A stretch of 64,000 bases of DNA from Lytechinus pictus. Its lineage: Eukaryota. Positions 38,994 to 53,200 of this stretch are shown one piece after another. The notes under the pieces were generated by a model that saw nothing but the letters and a program-made list of their open reading frames with translations, ran no database searches and had not been told where the DNA came from. Made by a program: the position numbers and the translations under genes. Numbering within the stretch: position 1 is the stretch's first letter; each line of letters begins with the position of its first letter. The stretch is taken from NCBI RefSeq assembly GCF_037042905.1, contig NC_087245.1, positions 15,936,001 to 16,000,000 on the forward strand. Direction: 5' to 3'.

Positions 38994-39206
38994 ATCCCTC
39001 CGTTAAAACAACCTCTCAGTAAAGAATCCGTATCTCATAACGTTTTCAAACAGAATGAAATGCCGTCAAAGTTGCAGAAACACAATTATAAGATCACAAA
39101 TATTATTCCTCAACTCATGACCACTGTCCAACTGTTCGATTTTGGTGTAGTCGGTGCGTTGTGGGTTGACGGTGGTTTGGCACAACTTTGCCATTCGAAA
39201 CACTGA
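38994..39206 (-). promoter_or_regulatory. Putative 5' UTR and core promoter of cv2/bmper; Inr-like TCAGT at 39206-39202
   Basis: Directly upstream of the ATG with an Inr-like motif; the TSS is not demonstrated. Confidence 0.3.
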
Positions 39207-40855
39207 AGAGAGTGGTAAGGGCTACATGCACACTTGTTCAAACTTCTGATAATGGAAAGAAATTGATGAGTAAGAATATCACTCAACGAGATCCGAGGTT
39301 TTTAAAACAACACGTCTGTCACGCTGCGTATAAATCATGCACAAATCGACCAAATGAACAGTCATTATTGTGATTCCGCTAAAAAAAAAATATAGGCAGG
39401 TGAAAGCTTTGGCAGAGTATTCTTTTGGGGAAGTGTTTTACGTTGTATTTCACTGAAAGGTTTCATCACCGTTCGTTTTCCTTTTCCTTTACCTTTTTTT
39501 TCACATTCAGTCGTACTACTAAATGGGTGATACTGTTTCATGCTCGGATGTTAATTTGATTTGGCATAGGTTCAGACCAGCGAAATTTGGTTGATTTCTT
39601 AATGTTTTAAGTGCATTGAAATGATAAGTGACCAATGAATATTGTTCTGTATCTAATTTTAATTCGAATATGAAAGTTAACCTTCAAACCCAAAACATCG
39701 TAAGAAACCAAGATCTGTTAGATAAAACAAACCACTCTAATCCAACATTAATGCCATCGTGGTCACTGTGTGTTTCAAGTAAACGGAAATAAAACTTTCA
39801 CTAAATTAAATTTCATCATCATTGTCATAATGTAACTTTAATCTCCATCCCCTCAGCCCCTCACGCCTCTCTCTCTATTTCTCGCTCCCTCAATCTTTTA
39901 TCTTTTCTCTTCAGTTGTCCTTCCTATATAGAGAACAGCGAAATGCTCTTGAAAAGAAGACTTAAGTTGAGTATTTAATTGCCCATTTTGTAACCTGATT
40001 ACAGTGTCAAGTACAACATTTGAAAATCATAAAACTAATTATCTCTCAATATCCCATGTGATATTTGTTCTTTCTTTCTTTACTTTCTGTCATATCAGGA
40101 GCAGAAATTACAACTGATAACTCTAATCAATCTCAATCTACCGGGGGAAATGACCAAAATTAGGAGGTGTTTAAAACTACCGGTAATTGACAAATCTCAC
40201 TTACTACAAGCGAGTGTACAGAGGGTCTAATTAAAGGAGGGGAGAATATTTTGAATGGAGGTTTGAAATCATTACGTCTTGTGATAAATCAAAGTGTCAT
40301 TTGCTTATTGTAGCCCCCGGGGCTGAAAGGCAATTGTTCTATCTGTGAGGATTACACCGTGCCATCCCAGCACAGCGTTAATCAATTTTCGGAAATTGTT
40401 TAATGATGCCCACTCGCCCCGTTGGGTATACGTCACAGGACTGACAATTAATTTCCCTGCGTTAATGATTATCATACCGTTACTTCTCTCCTTTCTCATT
40501 GAAACTTTATTTTTAAAAAAATGGATATGAGGGTTTTTTTTTGTGGAAATGAGAGGCACGAAAACTATGGTGGCAAAATGCAGTAAAAATGAAAAGAAAA
40601 TGAAAGGAGAAATGGATAGATGGACGGGGGGGGGGGTGGTATACATGGAACAAGTGTAAATGATTGATTGATCGATGACTTTCTCCTTTGCCTTTCAGAG
40701 TTGTACATTAGTGTGTCATTGGATTAAGAGAGAGGGTAATGTCCTGGGTTCTTTCATCTGTCAATTATACTCCATGCTGTTTGTTTGAAACGTCATAAAA
40801 AGATGACACATTGCTACAAACACGTGCGTACTGATGATTGGCATGAGCTACACCG

Positions 40856-41127
40856 TGAGAGTGAGGGAGAGATAGGCCAAGTGCGACAGAGAGGGAGAGA
40901 GAAAAAGAGAAGGCATGAATGGGTTGAATGACGAAAGAACAGACTGAAAAGGAAGGAAAGGTAGAGATAAACTATTGCAGAAGTATGGAGAAATAGCAAG
41001 AAAAGACAAAAATATAGAGGGGGAGACGCGCATGCAGTGAGGAGGGGAGTGGGTGGGGGAGAAGGGGGAATAAACAGGGAAATTAGGAAGACAAATGTGT
41101 GAGGTTGTGAGTGTGTGTGTGTGTGTG
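40856..41127. repeat. GA-rich tract ending in (GT)n, about 2 kb upstream of the cv2 ATG
   Basis: gagagagggagagagaaaaaga... followed by gtgtgtgtgtgtgtg at 41110-41127. Confidence 0.75.
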
Positions 41128-41196
41128 AAGTCATGACCTCACTGATTTTTATTTTTCAATAATTCCTCAAGCTTTTTCAATGTATGGTATTTATTG

Positions 41197-41260
41197 TGAT
41201 GGCCAAGAATCGAATCCCGGAATTGTATGTGTCTTAGACAACTCGGCCTGGCCAACTCCA
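41197..41260 (-). mobile_element. Degenerate tRNA-derived SINE head
   Basis: Minus strand has A-box-like GGCCGAGTTGTCTAAG (41248-41233) and B-box-like GGATTCGATTC (41217-41207); it does not fold as a complete tRNA. Confidence 0.35.
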
Positions 41261-44200
41261 CTAAAACCATCAAAACTGGCAGAGATATCCAAATATTAGT
41301 TGATCGATATCATTCCCTCAGCATCGCATGCGTTCTGATGGACCAATCAAAACTACCTCGTTTCCGCTATAGATTGATAAAATAATTTGATATGAATGAC
41401 TTCCATTGCCCCATCTCGCCCCTGTCATAATTGCTGCGAATTGACCCTTGCCACGGGACGTTACAGAAAGGAGATTTCATCGATTAAGAAGTACAATGCG
41501 TCATTATGAATTTATCGATGAAATCAGAACCCTCACTTTAAATTGGATCAGCGCACAATCTTCGCAGGTTTTCAACAATTGCCATCAAATATAAAGTCGT
41601 GGGGGATTATGTTCGCTTTGAAAATACCACCAAGTATGTCCGTATTGATTGATGGATTGTCAACGGAACAAGAACCGGTGCTGTTAAAGTCAAATTGTCC
41701 CTATATGCAAGGCTTCATTAAATTGACCAGTATATATCACAACAGAAATTGATCGATGGATTTCAAATATCAATAATGATTATTCGATTGAGGAGCTCTG
41801 AATGGTCCGCACAAAATAATCAGCGTAGACAATTAAGATAACTGACTAAATTTGTAATCGAATTCAGTGACTACATAACTGGATGCTTAACAGTCGTGTC
41901 TATCTGGATCAGTTCAATACATCTAACCATGGGGGACCTAACATGAATAACTGGATACACATTACACATAATTATGATTATTCAATGTCCGGAATATATT
42001 TGTATATAATATTTACTAATATTCATAAACAGTTTGCCACTTTAAAGCATAATTGTTTTTTATCTTCTTACTTTTAAATTGGGTCAATTACAATAGACAT
42101 CGAAGCCCTGGAGAAACAGGACAATTGCAAGCGGGTATATGCAGCCATGAATAATAATGTCTTCTTAAAAGTCTCTCCTAGAGCAAAATGTTTTTCCATG
42201 AGAAGATGATTAAGTTGAAGTACGCCCGGAGAAGCACTGAAAATTATGAACTTGCAACACTGTTTGAAATGTTGACGGATAATGCTCGTCCAGGGACGCA
42301 GGTGATGGCCGAAGACATCAGGGAGTCGTCTGGGAAAGGGGGGAAAGTATACACACTTGCCTGAGCAGAAATGGCGCGCCATAAGTATAGAGCGCCTGCG
42401 GTGATTCACTGTTGCGATATATTCCCTCAGAAGATTCGAATCTATATACGAAGAGTGGGAGGCGAGAATCACGAAGAAAAGGTGGACAAACAACCAAAGA
42501 AAAGAAATAGAAGGCTAAAAAGCGACGGAGGTTCGGGAAATAAAACCGTGATGAATATTCAATAATATGCATCTTGGACAACTGTCTCGCGTGTCCGCCA
42601 AGTGGTTTGTAGGTTATCCGTCCAAGATCTCCGCGATAGAGAAGAAACATGAGAAAACAGACGGATTCTATGTCGAATAAACCTCGTTGTGGTACGCTTG
42701 GTGTTTTTCCGCTGGCGCTAAGCAATCTGTTAAAATAAGACTCTCGCGGTGATTTGCACGAAGGCGGAACGTCTCGATGCATCCTAATTAAAGACATAGG
42801 ATGCCAACGATATGTCATTTTTTCTCCCATTAGGGGACATACCGTCCAATGTGAAGAGGAAAACTTTCCCTGAAGTAAAATGATTGATGTATTTATGTCA
42901 AAACTGTAATAAAATTACCTGATGTTAGTGGACTGAATTAAAGGTTGAACTACGCGATTGCATGCCCCCCCCCCCAAAAAAAAAATGATGTGAATGCGGC
43001 CCTTGCAGAATCTATACTTTAAAGCCATAACAAATGCATTTAGAGCAGTCATTCATCAAATTTATTTTAACATAATCATGAAATTAATGCATATCATCAT
43101 TGTTTCATTTTTTCTTTCATGAGCATGAGTAAGCATACACACATGCAGCCATATTTTACACCAAAGTCTTGCTTTATATTTAGATAGAACGTACATCTAG
43201 TTCTAAGTTTGATTCGATTGGCAAACAACAAGCAATTGTATGAACTCGCCTTTTACGTCACCCGAAGCAAACGATCACCATTGCTCAATCTAGATCGATT
43301 GTGAATCTTAGCTTTTACAAATGGCGGGAGCGTTGAGCAATTCATCTTGTGGCGGTATTTTCTTTGTACATCTCCGAAACCGACACACGTATCAAAACAA
43401 CGACAAATTTGGTTAGGTTCAGCAAAGAAAACTATCCCTGTAACACCGGGATTCGTACGAGTAATTACGAGAGAACTATGGAAAGGATTGAGTTTGTTTG
43501 TCCTTTTCTTATTTCTTATTCCTAGTTTACTTCAATTTGCTATTGTAAAAAAGTTTGACCTAATTACTTTATTGAATTCTGGTCCTGGTGGAGTTGTGCC
43601 ATGATGTCTTGCCATCAATAAGACTTTTGCTGACCCAATTTCGAGCGCTGTCTCGTTACACATTAGGGGAGATATCAATTTAAGAATGAAAGCCTGAAAA
43701 ATAGAATCGCTGGAGAGATACCTTCAATATCAAGCACGTAATAAATACATTTTTTGATGATTCCATATATATTTAGTTCCTTGTATTTACAAGGGCTACC
43801 GTTTTGTTTTTCTTTAAAGGATACCATATTTTACGACATAAAATTGTACCAACCAATTTTTGTTTTCCTGGAATATACACTGAAACCGTAACCCCGATTT
43901 AAGACAATTGGGTCAAGCAGTCATATATATGACAAACGCAATTGAAATATAGTTATATCTCCCTTCATAATAGTGCCCCTTATTTAATCTTATTTCTAAC
44001 AACTTCAGACTGATCTTTCTTTCATATTCCTCGGTAATTGTTTTATTATTTGTATTTCATGCCCCTAAAGGCCTAAAGCTAGACTTAAGAAATCAGCTTT
44101 TTCATTTAACTTGTGTTTATCTATTCGTAAATTAGTTTTTCTTTGCCTATTTTTAAAGTTAAATCCTAATTTGTTTGTTCAAAACATGAATGGACTATAT

Positions 44201-47200
44201 TTCGGTACACCCCAAAGACATGATAGAGGTGGATAAAATAAGCACCTGTTATGGTACACCCTAACTCTGCACCCCCCTCTCTTTATCTCTGTCTTGATTT
44301 TTTTCTCTTTCTTCGCATTTTCCTTTCTAATTTTCTCCTCCACTCTCTACCTATCGCATTCCCTCTTCTCTCTACCCCATTTTCTTCAATTGACGATTGA
44401 GAATGACTTCTTTTTATGATTTTTTTTCTCTCGCTTAAACCCTTCTGAGACCAAGACAAAAAAGGGTAGAAATTGAGCATTACTGTTAGACAATCTCTAA
44501 AGCAAAGACAAGGGGAAACCTGACAGCCTCCTGGGCACCACGTGATCACTGTAATCTTCTTCGATCTATCAATCAGCTACAGTTGCAGCCCACCCGATAT
44601 CTTCCGCCATACGTTGATTAAATCGTATGTCTATGTTGACTATCTGACGTGCAAGGAAATGGAAAGCGTGAAGGGCATATGACCTACTTTTGAGGGTTAT
44701 CGAGCGAAACAAAATGCCATAGCTTGTCTTTCTCATAGCCCCTTTTCTCGCGCCTGGAAAATGAAAATCAGAGGAGAAATTTGCATTTTCTTGTGGTATT
44801 GTTACGCGCAATTCGGACTGATGCACGGTTGTAAGGATTGATAGCAGAGGAGTAAAGGAGAGGGGATGACACCAAAAATGCATGTCAAAATCTTTGGCTG
44901 GCGCCAGGATCCTATTGGAACGTCACGTTTACCAATGGAATATTAGCTTCGTTATGGATGAATAATGCCAAAATAAATGGTATTCTATTGCGTTATTCGA
45001 CAGTTTGGCGCTCAGAGTCGGTATATACACACGAGCAGTCCCTATCTGCGCTCCTAAGCTGATTTCTTGGGAATTCGGCACGTTGAAACTTACCATAAAC
45101 GCGACAAACTCACAAAGAAAGAACTGCGCAACCACTGCGCCAATGGTATTCGCAGGACTAAATAAGACATTCACTTACAACTCTTCATTTGTATATTATA
45201 TAAAGAAGATTGTTTTTTGCACATCCTCTTCCCTTTCCTCTCTTTCTTTGAACTTTCTCACCCCCTCCCTCCCTCTTTCTTTTTTTTTTTATCTCACTCT
45301 CCCTCTTTCTAATAAACTATTTTTTCATGATTATCATGCGATTTTGAGACAAGATGAATATCTGCGGTTGAATGAAAAAAGAAACTAAGAAGATTAAGAG
45401 TTGGATTAGTTTCTCGATGTTGTAGCGTTCAGCAATGTTACTTATCCCAATATAACTAATGTCTCGACTTTTCTTTGAAGCATAAACATTTGTTAGATCT
45501 TACACAGGAAAGGAGGATTAACACATTTTATCGAAACATTACTGTGAGCCGTGTTTAATACTGTAAAGTGTTAAACCATCGAATTTGAATCGTATTTTAA
45601 CAATTTTGTCCAGGAATTAGACAATGCTGATTGCCCACGAAGCGCCCAATTTTTTAAACGTATAGCTGTGCATCTGTGATTGGCTGGAACGCATTCATCA
45701 CGTGACATGATTCGTGTTCACGCGTCTGTGACAGCCTTTGACCGCCGAAGATGCATACTTATCAAAAAGAACTACGGGCATGACTGAGCTATTCGGTGAC
45801 TGGGCTATTTGAGTTTGAACATTGATCATTTCGGTTTGAAATCACTGTTAAATCTATGCATTACAGACAATGTTTTTATACCTTGCGGTAGTGCACCTGA
45901 CAATATTATCCCTATTGTGTTTGTTGTTGATCCCTCCTGTTTTCTTTGGTGGGCAATGTCTTCTATTCTTTTGTATCAGTTGTGATTTAAAGATACTTAA
46001 GGCACATCGATCCATTTTATTCATGATTTTGGCCTTTAACCACCTTCACATGGGTATTTGGAAAATGTAGCAAATGCTTCGGTATAAAGACAGACTGTTG
46101 TCATGGCTACGAGTGTCGAGGGATGATACCGGGTAGAATGGTAGTCATGGCATTTTAAGAATTGATTAAAATATACATCGAATCATGAGGATATGTATCT
46201 TCGAAGAGGTTCGTTTCGCGAAGAGCAGATTGCTTCCCTGAGCTATACCTCTTTCTGCCATGCCTAAGATGAGCTTGAAGCAAGAGCAGTATTTTGATGT
46301 CATGGTGAAATGCATGCATAATTATATAATATATATATATACATGTATATATATAAAAGAAGCCAGCCGCAAAACTCTTAGCATTCAAATTAAACCTATT
46401 TATGAAATAAGACATAATTTAGCTTTTAACCACAATGAAGTGTTTATCATGTTTAGGGGTGTTGATGAACATTTAGTCCTTGTTTTGAAGCAAATAAAAT
46501 CGTATGAAATGCAATTTGATCACAGAATTCAATGGTCATCAAGTTGGCTGACGCAACCTGACGCATAAACTAGTATCCCGATTTTGGGTTTTTCAAGTCC
46601 GCATTATTGTTTTTGTGTCTGATGAGAGAGGGTGGTTCGGATTCTTGGTCCTATCGAAGTCTGGCAATCTAAGATCATGGATTCCGCTTTCCAAACCAGA
46701 TTACCTCAGCACAACGACAATCTACACAAACTGTACTAACACCGTTAAATATCCTGATGTCGATATCTGGCCTTTTACTTGATTTTAACCCCGCAGCGGT
46801 TTTAAGTAACCTTTCGAAAAATCCGAACGAAGTTCAGGAGGACAAGGGAGTAAAAGGTAATGGCTGTATCCTGACGGCAACGGAGAAGACATTCAGGCGA
46901 GGATAAATGTGTCAATTTATTGAAATAACCAGAGAAAGAAACAAGGTATGGACTGAGGAGAGACAATTTGAGTAACACCTGAAATCATTCGGCTACGCCT
47001 GAGTGGCAGGTTATTTGAGCAGAATGGACAGAAATGCCCTCCCCCGGATTCGGATTAACCGCTTTTCTTTTACTGCGTAGATGAATTATTAACTTGGTTG
47101 GTCATGCAGCTCTGATGGAAAAAAAAGTTCGAGAAACATTAGAACAAAAAGGAGTCGTTGGTGAATTAAGACAGACAAAGATGTAACAGGTATGAAATTT

Positions 47201-50200
47201 TGAGCATGCCATACGAATAAGTATGTCAGATGCTCCCTGTTTTCATCTTTAACTTTTTAACACGTATTTGCAGGACACGCTCATTAGTAGGTCTAGACTA
47301 CACGATCTGGGTAAGATCGGAAGTTGTTCAGTTACATGAAGCACAACTACAAGTACAATACAATACAGGAATTATGCAAAAAATTGAACATTATGTTCTG
47401 GAAATAGAAGTCAATTTACTTCATATTGGTGTCATGCAGTAAATCTTCTAATCAATAACAAGGACGTATGAGTCTATTAGCATTTTGAAGTCGATATGTG
47501 GTATTAGGATATTGAACGAAGCGAGGCGGCAATGATTGGTGAAAAGGATAGTTATGCCAACTCTATACCGAACAAGAGATCCGAAGTTGACTTTCTTTCG
47601 TGTTTTATTTATAATGAAAATCGGATTTGGAGAGTTAAGTCCATAATTGCCGGAATGAGCTGCGACTCAATTATCTCACTGAGTATACAACGTCGGTAAC
47701 ACGAATTCCCAAGGGATTGGTAGGCCTTACAGGAGCGATGTGTTCAACCGTTTCCGGCCGACACCAATACTTTCAAAAAGCCGCCAAAATAACTATTAAG
47801 GTGTTCGCTATTCATTGCTTAAGTCCGAGGCTTGGCAAGGGAAATGAGAAATTGTTAGTTATGTTTCCCCGGGGAAAACTCACTCAAACAAATGAAAAAT
47901 TGTCTTTGAAAAATATCCACATTCTTCAACAAGCTATTTTCTATAAAAAGACCGGTAAAACCAAAAGGAACACCATTCATTACAGTATAATTGAAATAGC
48001 TGATGTGAGAAAAGTCGTCGGGATCCCCAAATCAGCAATGCTTTTATACTCATGAGAATGATCGTTTATTAGTTATTATCTTCTTAGATACCGATTTGTT
48101 ACGAGATGGGTCCAGCGTTGAATGTTCATCATTGAAATAAAACAAAAATGAACAGTCGGGTGTATCTAACTTATGAATTACAAGGAAAATACTGTGATGC
48201 TCCCCAGAAGTTTTTTAACGGAGATTTTTTTTCCTCAAAAAATAAAATGTATAACACGCTTTCGGAATTTAGCATACCCTTCCCTTTAACATTTTCGACA
48301 TGACTTTTTAAAAGTTTTATAAAGGTTGTACATAATAATTTATAAACACACCACTACATAGACGAGACCATGGAGATACACATACTCGATGTCGATATAT
48401 CAATCCGTTTTCTACTCGGCTGCTGTTTACGGCTTCATTCCAGAATATTATTAGCACTAAACAAAAGTTGAATGGAAAAGTTACGACAAATGGAAATTAA
48501 GGAGCAGAGAAAGCATAATTATTTTTATTAGGATTGTATGCAGCCAACGAAGCTTAACAAATCGCTTTATTTATTGACGTTACACGGGGCGGTCCGGATG
48601 TTTTGTGTAACCTTTCCCCTGTTTTGTATTGTTTAAGCCGGCTTAGTGAAAGCGATAAATGTTGTTCCCTTGCGGGGGGTTACCAAACTACCCACGTGAC
48701 TGGGCGCGTAATGTAGATGTGTACCCCCAAGGGTGTTGGGGGAGACAAATTTAGATAAATTGCAGACACGTAGGGGTATTTTTTCCAACCTGGGGGAACT
48801 TAAGATTCTTGAAGAATCAATATCATAAAGAAGTTGATGTTAAATGGGATTCCTCTGCAGGGCTCTGGATGTTAGGCTATCAGGGGAAAACAAAGATTGG
48901 ATGCAGTTTTACACTTGTCGAACAATGCAGTATATTTCAATTTATAATTTTTGTTTGAAGGAATTCCAACTTTTTAATAATTATTATGCTTACTGTTTGC
49001 AGATATATGGTACCGGCGACCATGTCGACACAATTATGAATAATTGATAAGAAGAAATGAATAATAAAGGCATTGCATCTGGCTACACAATCCGATACAT
49101 CAAATTCAGTTCAGTTTGTGAATCGCGATTGAGTCCAACTCTTAGATCAATGCTGACTTATAACCTAGGCCACTAATTTGATGTAAAACAAATTAATGTA
49201 GGGGACACACCAACGCAACTGATAGCTTTGACCAGTGGAGTTGGTGGCGTTTTCACAACCGCGACACGAGTGGGTCAAAGACATTATAAATAGAATAGAA
49301 GAGAAATGTACAGTCCATCTGGGATATTGATTTCCATGTGAAATAATAACACAGAGCGCACGGCTGTTCGTGTTTTGTAAGCTATCATGACGTTTTGTTA
49401 CTTTTGAATGACCATATCTGTTAAACATTGAATATATCCCATACACAGATCAATTTGTTAGCCTCGAGTGTTTAGTCCCGTTTCTTAAACAGTCCTTTGA
49501 TGACGTTAAGACAACCTCGCTGACTTCCACTAAGATGGAGGTAATGCCCCGATCGATTCCTTTGTCAGTAAATGAATGTGAAACGAACTGGCGGCATTTA
49601 AAGGCAATTGCTTTCGGAAGGAATCCCACACCCAAACCAAAGGTGGGGTTATTCGAGAAGATCTTTACTCTTCGCTATAATCACCCAATCGATGCGTTAT
49701 TATAACATTTGGGTACAAGGGGTCCACCAACTTAAAATGCATCTCGGCGGCATCCATGACAAGAGACAGGCGATTCGAGACACTGGGTAAAGGCGTACGG
49801 ACTACCCCCCCCCCCCATGAAATATAAATGGACAGAAAATTAGTATGATAGCGTTACTATCGACAAACTGAGAAGAGAGGGTGAAAATAAGATTTTAATT
49901 GAGTGAGAGAAGGGGGAGGAGTATATTGATCGAGGGTGTTGTCGATCAGAAAAAGGAATAACAAATGTTTATGACAGTTTCAACGGAAGGTGTCATACAT
50001 TATTCTCAATAATTTCAAGTAAATGTGAAACAAGGCTTGTGAAAGGTAAGACTTGAATATGAAAGGAGATGTAACTAAAATTCTGCCCCCTTCGTCTTAA
50101 TCATAACATCGTTTTGATTAGTCATCAATGGTCCATAGGAGATCGATGTCATTGGATGGTATTAAAGAGATACATGCTCTTGAAGGAACTATGGCTGCCA

Positions 50201-53200
50201 TGTACCAATTATCCGCACTAATTGATCATGAGTCGAGTCCCGTCAGTGTGCTGAAAATAGGTCACCATTCTCGATGTTCCGCCTCCCAGTAGGTAGTGGG
50301 ACCGGTGCGGCATGCATCTGCATATCCCCGTTTGGTTTCCAAGAGGGAGTCGATCCATATTCATGGGGCTGGTGGGAGACGTTGAGTCACGGCTAACCTA
50401 TCCGGCACGTTCACATCCTCATTTAGTGTTTAGACAATAGTGTGATGAGCACAAATACATGAAATCGGTAGGCAGGTTCAGACAAGCGGGTATTTGAGTC
50501 ATGAGGAGTCTAGACGGGTAGTTCAGCCAAGCTTGCCAAATATCTTTTGGTCTTTGGCACAGACGGCCATATGTTGCTAGTTTTGGCATCATTTATTAAG
50601 AATATACATTTCTAAGAAAATAATAATCATGATGTAAATATTTGTTTGAGGCACATACAATCGTCTAAAACGTGTTAAGCTTGGTTTTAAATAAAACAAT
50701 TATGAATTTACATGATTCTTTATCAAGGATGGGTTTACATGAGGGTGTTGCCAAAGACTTCAGACACCAGAAATGAGCTGTGTTGATTTGTTGGGTCATC
50801 GATATGTATGAGGAGCATACGATGGAATCCGAGGAGGGCCATTGAATTCCCCACAGTCTTTGGTCACACCCACAGCGAATCCAATTCCAGAGGTTGAATG
50901 ATGACGACATAAAAAAAAAACAGATTAATTTCCCTAAGACAGTCAAGAGCATGTTAACAGTTTTCTATTGTAATATACCGTATATTGATTCAAATCATTA
51001 TCAAATTGACATTGATCTCAACTTTGCATCGAAGAGATAGTTGAGATTAATATTTATATTTGGGTTCAATCAAATATTCAATCCCAACTCAACGTATCAA
51101 ACATTGGTCCATACCATTGATATTTCTGGTGTGAATGTGGTCCTACGTTTGTTCACGAAAAGAAATGCCCAAAGCACGTTTCCTGAAAGCCAGTGCATGG
51201 ATCTTAGCACTCGAGAGACAAGGGAGAATCATGGAAAATGGGTCAAAGTTATCAGGACCACCCTCAGATGAATTCTAAGAACATTCAACATGCCATGATT
51301 TTATGGGAAAAGAGTTCATGCGTGACAACCAACGACATTTGCCACCAATAAGTCAGTAGCTTTGAATGGAACAGATAACGTGGATAAGAATTCATCTTTC
51401 GGCCCTGATAAACCGAACTTGGAATAAATTTCAACTGCTGTGTTATAACCATTATAAACTCTCGCCCCTACAAGAAATAAAATAATTTAATTAGACATGA
51501 GTGGTCATTCAATAAAAAGCCAATAAAGATGATAAAAATATCATATTCAGGTTATGACATATACAGACAGCATTCTGAAAACGAGGACACGAGTCTAACC
51601 AAAGAATAGGTCCATGGTCTAACTGAGGTAAGCAGGTAAGAAAAGTGGCGTCCTGTACTTAACAGAGGACCAATTTTATGTCTGTAAAAATAAAAATACA
51701 TAGGCATACCATGCATAAACGGGAGTTCTCATAGAAACAACAATTTTAGAATGAAAAGATTCATCATTTTCATTTAAAACTATTTTCGCACTCGACATAA
51801 ATGAAAGGTTGACATATGTGAGGGTTGGCCATCATCATATTTCTCCTGCCCTAGACAGCGATGTCAACAGATTGGTAATTGCTCGCTTAGCCTATTTTCC
51901 CCATGTAACCGAAGCTGCGAACATTATTTAGAATTGAATTAAACTGTCAGCAATTTGGAACGGAACACCAAGAGCTGACAATCACAGCCAGTGTTCCAAT
52001 TTTCATATATCCTAGCTCGAAAGGCATGAAAATAGTGACCACTGAATTCTAGAAAAAAAATGATATCGAAGAAAAGTGCAACTTAAAATATTACCGGTAG
52101 ATGAAACAGAAATCGAAAGAAAATTCTAAGTACGAAACAAAATATGTTTGTTCCATAGTGTTGGAAATCTGAGAAAGGAGTTCGACATTTTTTCGTCAAG
52201 GGAACACAAAAAAAGCCCCGACATGTTGGGATTGAAAATGCTCAAGCAGATTTGAAAGCTTACGCGGTTGTTAATTCCACGCCCAAAATGAAATAGTCGT
52301 AATCCTCCTATTTCATTTCAAGTCACTCTGTTTCATAAATGTCTTAGAGTCAAGAAAGCACAGGATTTGAAGAAAATTAATACAATTCAAGATATTTTGT
52401 CTCAAGGGTCACTGACCATTTTCAGAATAGTAGGTTTTATACAACGATTTACATCTGGATGGAATCAGTAGATTACACCGTTTGTTATAAGCGGATTTTG
52501 GAGCTTTTCTAAAATGCATTGTTTCATATCGAGTGGGGGAACATTATTTCTACTATATACATAGATTGACATTTTTTTAGTTGATGGCATGAGGAGTTCA
52601 CCATAGGTTGATAGTACAAAATGGAATACAAGTTTCGTGGAAACATTTTTTAAACATTAAATGTTAAGTTTTCATGAAACGAATTACCTTTATTCTTTCA
52701 AATCCATGAAGTATTCTGAGATCCAAACAGAAATCTCGCAATAACGACCGACGATATTGCATTTTACTTCCAATATGATATCGATTATTTTAAAGTAATA
52801 TATATAAAATCAACTCAGAAACCACCAAGGTTGGCCACCTAAGCTACTAGTTTATATTCCAGCGGGCCTTGCGTGGCATTTGATAAGAGAACAGTTGTGC
52901 GAATACTAGATTGTGAAATGTAAGGCTGGGTGTACCATTTCTCGGCCCCTACATGTGTGTCAGGTATGTGGGCGTATGTAAGTGAAAAGAAGGGAATTTA
53001 TAACATGGAAACAAAGGCGTTGAGATGTTTGTTGACCCCCTCCAAGCTAGATGCTGTACCAGAGATTAAAATCATTTACCATTATTCCTCTGCAATAAAA
53101 ACCATTCGCTACATATGCCATCTATTCACCACACGTTGTGTGGCTGTTTACCCATATATCTTTCTGTCTGACTTGAGGTCGATTGGGACGTTTCCACGCC

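Noticed and set aside
42074..42830. Overlapping 139-aa and 170-aa minus-strand ORFs
   Set aside because: No recognisable domain or exon structure; likely chance ORFs in a GC-richer non-coding patch.
45094..45174. Hydrophobic segment ending at a GTAAGT donor as an alternative signal-peptide exon
   Set aside because: The ATG-initiated frame ends in phase 2, but exon 2 needs phase 1; the exon at 38900-38993 fits better.
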